From positions 11,053,309 to 11,117,308 of the forward strand of contig CM082591.2 in NCBI GenBank assembly GCA_040954595.2: a stretch of 64,000 bases of DNA, in the 5' to 3' direction. The notes under the pieces are model-generated. The model was not told the DNA's origin and searched no databases. It saw nothing but the letters and a program-made list of their open reading frames with translations. The stretch is from Balanoglossus misakiensis. Its lineage: Eukaryota > Animalia > Hemichordata. Shown here piece after piece: positions 54,801-64,000 of the stretch. How positions within the stretch are numbered: the stretch's first letter is position 1; each line of letters begins with the position of its first letter. The position numbers and the translations under genes are program-made.

Positions 54801-57800
54801 GGAAGCAACCATTGAAATATTAGAACTATCCGTCGATCTACAGAGTCTAGTGGAAAACTTTCTCATGCGCATAGGTCTATCGTGTGTTCTGCGAATCACA
54901 ACAGATTTCCTCAAATAAACGCGAGTGTGTTTGGAAGCAACCATGGAAATTTTAGAACTATCCGTCCATCTACAGAGTCTAGTGGAAAACTTCCTTATGC
55001 GCATAGGCCTATCATATGTCCTGCGCATCACAACAGAATTCAATTAATAAACGTGGCTGTGTTTGGAAGCAACCATGGAAATTTTAGAACTATCCGTCGA
55101 TCGACAGAGTCTAGTGGAAAACTTTCTTATGCGCATAGACCTATCATGTGTTCTGCGCATCACAACAGAATTTTGTAAACAAACGAAGCTGTGTTTGGAA
55201 GCAACCATGGAAACTTTAGAACTATCCGTCCATCTACAGAGTCTAGTGGAAAACTTTCTTATGCGCATAGACCTATCATGTGTTCTGCGCATCACAACAG
55301 AATTTTGTAAACAAACGAGGCTGTGTTTGGAAGCAACCATGGAAACTTTAGAACTATCCGTCGATTTACAGAGTCTAGTGGAAAACTTCCTTATGCGCAT
55401 AGGCCTATCATATGTCCTGCGCATCACAACAGAATTCAATTAATAAACGTGGCTGTGTTTGGAAAGAACCATGGAAATTTTAGAACTATCCGTCGATCTA
55501 CAGAGTCTAGTGGAAAACTTTCTTATGCGCATAGACATATCAGGTGTTCTGCGCATAACAACGGAATTTTGTAAACAAAGGAGGCTGTGTTTGGAAGCAT
55601 CCATGGAAATTTTAGGACTATCTGTCGAACTACCGAGTCTATCAGAAAACTTTCACATGCGCATAGGCTTATCTATGTGTTCTACGCATCACAACAGAAT
55701 TCGGTAAATAAACGAGGCTGTACCATGGAAATTTTAGAACTATCCATCTATCTACAGAGTCTAGTGGAAAACTTCCTTATGCGCATAGGCCTATCATGTG
55801 TCCTGCGCATCACAACAGAATTCGGTAAAAAAAACGAGGGTGTGTTTGGAAGCAACCATGGAAATTTTAGAACTATCCGTCCATCTACAGAGTCTAGTGG
55901 AAAACTTTCTTATGCGCATAGGCTTATCTATATGTTCTACGCATCACAACAGAAATCGGTAAATAAACGAGGCTGTGTTTGGTAGCAACCATGGAAATTT
56001 TAGAACTATCCGTTCATCTACAGAGTCTAGTGGAAAACTTTCTTATGCGCATAGGCTTATCTATATGTTCTACGCATCACAACAGAAATCGGTAAATAAA
56101 CGAGGCTGTGTTTGGAAGCAACCATGGAAATTTTAGAACTATCCGTCCATCTACAGAGTCTAGTGGAAAACTTCCTTATGCGCATAGGCCTATCATGTGT
56201 CCTGCGCATCACAACAGAATTCAATTAATAAACGTGGCTGTGTTTGGAAGCAACCATGGAAATTTTAGAACTATCCGTCCATCTACAGAGTCTAGTGGAA
56301 AACTTCCTTATGCGCATAGGCCTATCATGTGTCCTGCGCATCACAACGGAATTCGGTAAATAAACGAGGGTGTGTTTGGAAGCAACCATGGAAATTTAGA
56401 ACTATCCGTCCAGCTACAGTGGAAAACTTCCTTATGCGCATAGGCCTATCATATGTCCTGCGCATCACAACAGAATTCAATTAATAAACGTTGCTGTGTT
56501 TGGAAGCAACCATTGAAATATTAGAACTATCCGTCGATCTACAGAGTCTAGTGGAAAACTTTCTCATGCGCATAGGTCTATCGTGTGTTCTGCGAATCAC
56601 AACAGATTTCCTCAAATAAACGCGAGTGTGTTTGGAAGCAACCATGGAAATTTTTGAACTATCCGTCCATCTACAGAGTCTAGTGGAAAACTTCCTTATG
56701 CGCATAGGCCTATCATATGTCCTGCGCATCACAACAGAATTCAATTAATAAACGTGGCTGTGTTTGGAAGCAACCATGGAAATTTTAGAACTATCCGTCG
56801 ATCGACAGAGTCTAGTGGAAAACTTTCTTATGCGCATAGACCTATCATGTGTTCTGCGCATCACAACAGAATTTTGTAAACAAACGAAGCTGTGTTTGGA
56901 AGCAACCATGGAAACTTTAGAACTATCCGTCCATCTACAGAGTCTAGTGGAAAACTTTCTTATGCGCATAGACCTATCATGTGTTCTGCGCATCACAACA
57001 GAATTTTGTAAACAAACGAGGCTGTGTTTGGAAGCAACCATGGAAACTTTAGAACTATCCGTCGATTTACAGAGTCTAGTGGAAAACTTCCTTATGCGCA
57101 TAGGCCTATCATATGTCCTGCGCATCACAACAGAATTCAATTAATAAACGTGGCTGTGTTTGGAAAGAACCATGGAAATTTTAGAACTATCCGTCGATCT
57201 ACAGAGTCTAGTGGAAAACTTCCTTATGCGCATAGGCCTATCATGTGTCCTGCGCATCACAACGGAATTCGGTAAATAAACGAGGGTGTGTTTGGAAGCA
57301 ACCATGGAAATTTAGAACTATCCGTCCAGCTACAGTGGAAAACTTCCTTATGCGCATAGGCCTATCATATGTCCTGCGCATCACAACAGAATTCAATTAA
57401 TAAACGTTGCTGTGTTTGGAAGCAACCATTGAAATATTAGAACTATCCGTCGATCTACAGAGTCTAGTGGAAAACTTTCTCATGCGCATAGGTCTATCGT
57501 GTGTTCTGCGAATCACAACAGATTTCCTCAAATAAACGCGAGTGTGTTTGGAAGCAACCATGGAAATTTTAGAACTATCCGTCCATCTACAGAGTCTAGT
57601 GGAAAACTTCCTTATGCGCATAGGCCTATCATATGTCCTGCGCATCACAACAGAATTCAATTAATAAACGTGGCTGTGTTTGGAAGCAACCATGGAAATT
57701 TTAGAACTATCCGTCGATCGACAGAGTCTAGTGGAAAACTTTCTTATGCGCATAGACCTATCATGTGTTCTGCGCATCACAACAGAATTTTGTAAACAAA

Positions 57801-60800
57801 CGAAGCTGTGTTTGGAAGCAACCATGGAAACTTTAGAACTATCCGTCCATCTACAGAGTCTAGTGGAAAACTTTCTTATGCGCATAGACCTATCATGTGT
57901 TCTGCGCATCACAACAGAATTTTGTAAACAAACGAGGCTGTGTTTGGAAGCAACCATGGAAACTTTAGAACTATCCGTCGATTTACAGAGTCTAGTGGAA
58001 AACTTCCTTATGCGCATAGGCCTATCATATGTCCTGCGCATCACAACAGAATTCAATTAATAAACGTGGCTGTGTTTGGAAAGAACCATGGAAATTTTAG
58101 AACTATCCGTCGATCTACAGAGTCTAGTGGAAAACTTTCTTATGCGCATAGACATATCAGGTGTTCTGCGCATAACAACGGAATTTTGTAAACAAAGGAG
58201 GCTGTGTTTGGAAGCATCCATGGAAATTTTAGGACTATCTGTCGAACTACCGAGTCTATCAGAAAACTTTCACATGCGCATAGGCTTATCTATGTGTTCT
58301 ACGCATCACAACAGAATTCGGTAAATAAACGAGGCTGTACCATGGAAATTTTAGAACTATCCATCTATCTACAGAGTCTAGTGGAAAACTTCCTTATGCG
58401 CATAGGCCTATCATGTGTCCTGCGCATCACAACAGAATTCGGTAAAAAAAACGAGGGTGTGTTTGGAAGCAACCATGGAAATTTTAGAACTATCCGTCCA
58501 TCTACAGAGTCTAGTGGAAAACTTTCTTATGCGCATAGGCTTATCTATATGTTCTACGCATCACAACAGAAATCGGTAAATAAACGAGGCTGTGTTTGGT
58601 AGCAACCATGGAAATTTTAGAACTATCCGTCCATCTACAGAGTCTAGTGGAAAACTTCCTTATGCGCATAGGCCTATCATGTGTCCTGCGCATCACAACA
58701 GAATTCAATTAATAAACGTGGCTGTGTTTGGAAGCAACCATGGAAATTTAGAACTATCCGTCCAGCTACAGTGGAAAACTTCCTTATGCGCATAGGCCTA
58801 TCATATGTCCTGCGCATCACAACAGAATTCAATTAATAAACGTTGCTGTGTTTGGAAGCAACCATTGAAATATTAGAACTATCCGTCGATCTACAGAGTC
58901 TAGTGGAAAACTTTCTCATGCGCATAGGTCTATCGTGTGTTCTGCGAATCACAACAGATTTCCTCAAATAAACGCGAGTGTGTTTGGAAGCAACCATGGA
59001 AATTTTAGAACTATCCGTCCATCTACAGAGTCTAGTGGAAAACTTCCTTATGCGCATAGGCCTATCATATGTCCTGCGCATCACAACAGAATTCAATTAA
59101 TAAACGTGGCTGTGTTTGGAAGCAACCATGGAAATTTTAGAACTATCCGTCGATCGACAGAGTCTAGTGGAAAACTTTCTTATGCGCATAGACCTATCAT
59201 GTGTTCTGCGCATCACAACAGAATTTTGTAAACAAACGAAGCTGTGTTTGGAAGCAACCATGGAAACTTTAGAACTATCCGTCCATCTACAGAGTCTAGT
59301 GGAAAACTTTCTTATGCGCATAGACCTATCATGTGTTCTGCGCATCACAACAGAATTTTGTAAACAAACGAGGCTGTGTTTGGAAGCAACCATGGAAACT
59401 TTAGAACTATCCGTCGATTTACAGAGTCTAGTGGAAAACTTCCTTATGCGAATAGGCCTATCATATGTCCTGCGCATCACAACAGAATTCAATTAATAAA
59501 CGTGGCTGTGTTTGGAAAGAACCATGGAAATTTTAGAACTATCCGTCGATCTACAGAGTCTAGTGGAAAACTTTCTTATGCGCATAGACATATCAGGTGT
59601 TCTGCGCATAACAACGGAATTTTGTAAACAAAGGAGGCTGTGTTTGGAAGCATCCATGGAAATTTTAGGACTATCTGTCGAACTACCGAGTCTATCAGAA
59701 AACTTTCACATGCGCATAGGCTTATCTATGTGTTCTACGCATCACAACAGAATTCGGTAAATAAACGAGGCTGTACCATGGAAATTTTAGAACTATCCAT
59801 CTATCTACAGAGTCTAGTGGAAAACTTCCTTATGCGCATAGGCCTATCATGTGTCCTGCGCATCACAACAGAATTCGGTAAAAAAAACGAGGGTGTGTTT
59901 GGAAGCAACCATGGAAATTTTAGAACTATCCGTCCATCTACAGAGTCTAGTGGAAAACTTTCTTATGCGCATAGGCTTATCTATATGTTCTACGCATCAC
60001 AACAGAAATCGGTAAATAAACGAGGCTGTGTTTGGTAGCAACCATGGAAATTTTAGAACTATCCGTCCATCTACAGAGTCTAGTGGAAAACTTCCTTATG
60101 CGCATAGGCCTATCATGTGTCCTGCGCATCACAACAGAATTCAATTAATAAACGTGGCTGTGTTTGGAAGCAACCATGGAAATTTAGAACTATCCGTCCA
60201 GCTACAGTGGAAAACTTCCTTATGCGCATAGGCCTATCATATGTCCTGCGCATCACAACAGAATTCAATTAATAAACGTGGCTGTGTTTGGAAGCAACCA
60301 TGGAAATTTTAGAACTATCCGTCGATCGACAGAGTCTAGTGGAAAACTTTCTGATGCGCATAGACCTATCATGTGTTCTGCGCATCACAACTGATTTCCT
60401 TATATAAATAAGGCTGTGTTTGGAAGCAACCATGGAAATTTTAGAACTATCCGTCGATCTACTAAGTCTAGTGGAAAACTTTCTTATGCGCATAGGCATA
60501 TCTATGTGTTCTACGCATCACAACATAATTCGGTAAATAAACGAGGCTGTGTTTGGAAGCAACCATGGAAATTTTAGAACTATCCGTCGATCTACTGAGT
60601 CTAGTGGAAAACTTCCTTATGCGCTTAGGCCTATCATGTGTCTTGCGCTTCACAACAGATTTCAATTAATAAACGTGGCTGTGTTTGGAAGCAACCATGG
60701 AAATTTAGAACTATACGTCCATCTACAGTGGAAAACTTCCTTATGCGCATAGGCCTATCATATGTCCTGCGCATCACAACGGATTTCCTTAAATAAACAA

Positions 60801-63800
60801 GGCTGTGTTTGGAAGCAACTATGGACATTTTAGAACTATCCGTCGATCTACAGAGTCTAGTGGAAAACTTTCTTATGCGCATAGGCTTATCTATGTGTTC
60901 TACGCATCACAACAGAATTCGGTAAATAAACGAGGCTGTACCATGGAAATTTTAGAACTATCCATCTACCTACAGAGTCTAGTGGAAAACTTTCTTATGC
61001 GCATAGACCTATCATGTGCTCTGCGCATCACAACAGAATTTTGTAAACAAACGAGGCTGTGTTTGGAAGCAACCATGGAAACTTTAGAACTATCCGTCGA
61101 TCTACAGAGTCTAGTGGAAAACTTTCTTATGCGCATAGGCCTATCATGTGTTCTGCGCATCACAACAGATTTCCTTAAATAAACAAGGCTATGTTTGGAA
61201 GCAACCATGGAAATTTTAGAACTATCCGTCGTTTTACAGAGTCTAGTGGAAAACTTTCTTATGCGCATAGACCTATCATGTGTTTTGCGCATCACAACAG
61301 AATTTTGTAAACAAACGAGGCTGTGTTTGGAAGCAACCATGGAAACTTTAGAACTATCCGTCGATCTACAGAGTCTAGTGGAAAACTTTCTCATGCGCAT
61401 AGACCTATCATGTGTTCTGCGCATCACAACAGAATTTTGTAAACAAACGAGGCTGTGTTTGGAAGCAACCATGGAAACTTTAGAACTATCCGTCGATCTA
61501 CAGAGTCCAGTGGAAAAATTTCTTATCCTCATAGGCCCATCATGTGTTCTGCGCATCACAATAGAATTTTGTAAACAAACGAGGCTGTGTTTGGAAGCAA
61601 CAATGGAAACTTTAGAACTATCCGTCCATCTACAGAGTCTAGTGGAAAACTTTCTTATGCGCATAGACCTATCATGTGTTCTGCGCATCACAACAGAATT
61701 TTGTAAACAAACGAGGCTGTGTTTGGAAGCAACCATGGAAACTTTAGAACTATCCGTCGATCTACAGAGTCTAGTGGAAAACTTTCTTATGCGCATAGAC
61801 CTATCATGTGTTCTGCGCATCACAACAGAATTTTGTAAACAAACGAAGCTGTGTTTGGAAGCAACCATGGAAACTTTAGAACTATCCGTCCATCTACAGA
61901 GTCTAGTGGAAAACTTTCTTATGTGCATAGACCTATCATGTGTTCTGCGCATCACAACAGAATTTTGTAAACAAACGAGGCTGTGTTTGGAAGCATCCAT
62001 GGAAATTTTAGGACTATCTGTCGAACTACTGAGTCTATCAGAAAACTTTCTCATGCGCATAGGTCTATCGTGTGTTCTGCGAATCACAACAGATTTCCTC
62101 AAATAAACGAGGCTGTGTTTGAAAGCATCCATGGAAATTTTAGAACTATCCGTCGATCTACTGAGTCTAGTGGAAAACTTTCTTATGCGCATAGACCTAT
62201 CATGTGTTCTGCGCATCACAACAGAATTTTGTAAACAAACGAGGCTGTGTTTGGAAGCAACCATGGAAACTTTAGAACTATCCGTCGATCTACAGAGTCT
62301 AGTGGAAAACTTCCTTATGCGCTTAGGCCTATCATATGTCCTGCGCATCACAACAGAATTCAATTCATAAACGTGGCTGTGTTTGGAAGCAACCATGGAA
62401 ATTTTAGAACTATCCGTCGATCTACTGAGTCTAGTGGAAAACTTTCTTATGCGCATAGGCATATCTATGTGTCCTGCACATCACAACAGAATTCGGTAAA
62501 TAAACGAGGGTGAGTTTGGAAGCAACCATGGAAATTTTAGAACTATCCGTCCATCTATATCTACAGAGTCTAGTGGAAAACTTTCTTATGCGCATAGGCT
62601 TATCTATGTGTTCTACGCATCACAACAGAAATCGGTAAATAAACGAGGCTGTACCATGGAAATTTTAGAACTATCCATCTATCTACAGGGTCTAGTGGAA
62701 AACTTCCTTATGCGCACAGGCCTATCATGTGTCCTGCGCATCACAACAGAATTCGGTAAAAAAACGAGGGTGTGTTTGGAAGCAACCATGGAAATTTTAG
62801 AACTATCCGTCCATCTACAGAGTCTAGTGGAAAACTTTCATATGCCCACAGGCTTATCTATATGTTCTACGCATCACAACAGAAATCGGTAAATAAACGA
62901 GGCTGTGTTTGGAAGCAACCATGGAAATTTTAGAACTATCCGTCCATCTACAGAGTCTAGTGGAAAACTTCCTTATGCGCATAGGCCTATCATGTGTCCT
63001 GCGCATCACAACAGAATTCAATTAATAAACGTGGCTGTGTTTGGAAGCAACCATGGAAATTTAGAACTATCCGTCCAGCTACAGTGGAAAACTTCCTTAT
63101 GCGCATAGGCCTATCATATGTCCTGCGCATCACAACAGAATTCAATTAATAAACGTGGCTGTGTTTGGAAGCAACCATGGAAATTTTAGAACTATCCGTC
63201 GATCGACAGAGTCTAGTGGAAAACTTTCTTATGCGCATTGACCTATCATGTGTTCTGCGCATCACAACAGAATTTTGTAAACAAATGAGGCTGTGTTTTG
63301 AAGCAACCATGGAAACTTTAGAACTATCCGTCGATCTACAGAGTCTAGTGAAAAACTTTCTTATGCGCATAGGCCTATCATGTGTTCTGCGCATCACAAC
63401 AGATTTCCTTATATAAATAAGGCTGTGTTTGGAAGCAACCATGGAAATTTTAGAACTATCCGTCGATCTACTAAGTCTAGTGGAAAACTTTCTTATGCGC
63501 ATAGACCTATCATGTGTTCTGCGCATCACAACAGAATTTTGTAAACAAAGGAGGCTGTGTTTGGAAGCATCCATGGAAATTTTAGGACTATCTGTCGAAC
63601 TACCGAGTCTATCAGAAAACTTTCTCATGCGCATAGGTCTATCGAGTGTTCTGCGAATCTCAACAGATTTCCTCAAATAAACGAGGCTGTGTTTGGAAGC
63701 ATCCATGGAAATTTTAGAACTATCCGTCGATCTACTGAGTCTAGTGGAAAACTTTCTTATGCGCATAGGCATATCTATGTGTCCTGCGCATCACAACAGA

Positions 63801-64000
63801 ATTCGGTAAATAAACGAGGGTGTGTTTGGAAGCAACCATGGAAATTTTAGAACTATCCGCCCATCTATATCTACAGAGTCTAGTGGAAAACTTTCTTATG
63901 CGCATAGGCTTATCTATGTGTTCTACGCATCACAACAGAAATCGGTAAATAAACGAGGCTGTACCATGGAAATTTTAGAACTATCCGTCCATCTACAGAG
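39883..64000. repeat. 132-bp satellite DNA array (>24 kb, about 185 monomers, open at the window end) with higher-order repeats
   Basis: Monomer tgtttggaagcaaccatggaaactttagaactatccgtcgatctacagagtctagtggaaaactttcttatgcgcatagacctatcatgtgttctgcgcatcacaacagaattttgtaaacaaacgaggctg. Length variants of about 121-133 bp recur in ordered blocks. Confidence 0.97.

Noticed and set aside
44130-62462. Long ORFs of 200-498 aa with a 44-aa repeat on both strands
   Set aside because: The 132-bp monomer is divisible by 3 and happens to be stop-free in these frames. Other variants frameshift freely, and no domain is recognisable.
39883-64000. CRISPR-like array
   Set aside because: Head-to-tail monomers with no unique spacers, no cas genes, and a eukaryotic context.

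Overview
AT-rich eukaryotic genomic DNA with spliceosomal introns, probably from an invertebrate animal, and almost entirely repetitive. The main feature is an apparently intact 14,275-bp DNA transposon at 20657-34931. It has 566-bp terminal inverted repeats (TAT...ATA ends) and a perfect 6-bp target-site duplication (ACACAG), which fits the IS3EU group. It carries two convergent spliced genes. One is a 3-exon DD36E transposase (about 490 aa, - strand). The other is an 8-exon HECT E3 ubiquitin ligase (about 748 aa, + strand) that also has a Rad18-type UBZ4 zinc finger and a SUMO-interacting motif. The transposase start codon lies inside the TIR, so the opposite TIR copy gives a 4-codon uORF (MATV*) upstream of the ligase. 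The rest of the window holds a >7.7-kb near-perfect inverted duplication (1-7773), a 34-bp minisatellite, a 3-kb (GAT)n-rich tract, a ~400-bp tandem repeat resembling a non-coding exon+intron unit, several palindromic MITE-like elements, and a >24-kb 132-bp satellite array with variable higher-order structure that runs off the window end. Exon models were read by eye and no database searches were run.
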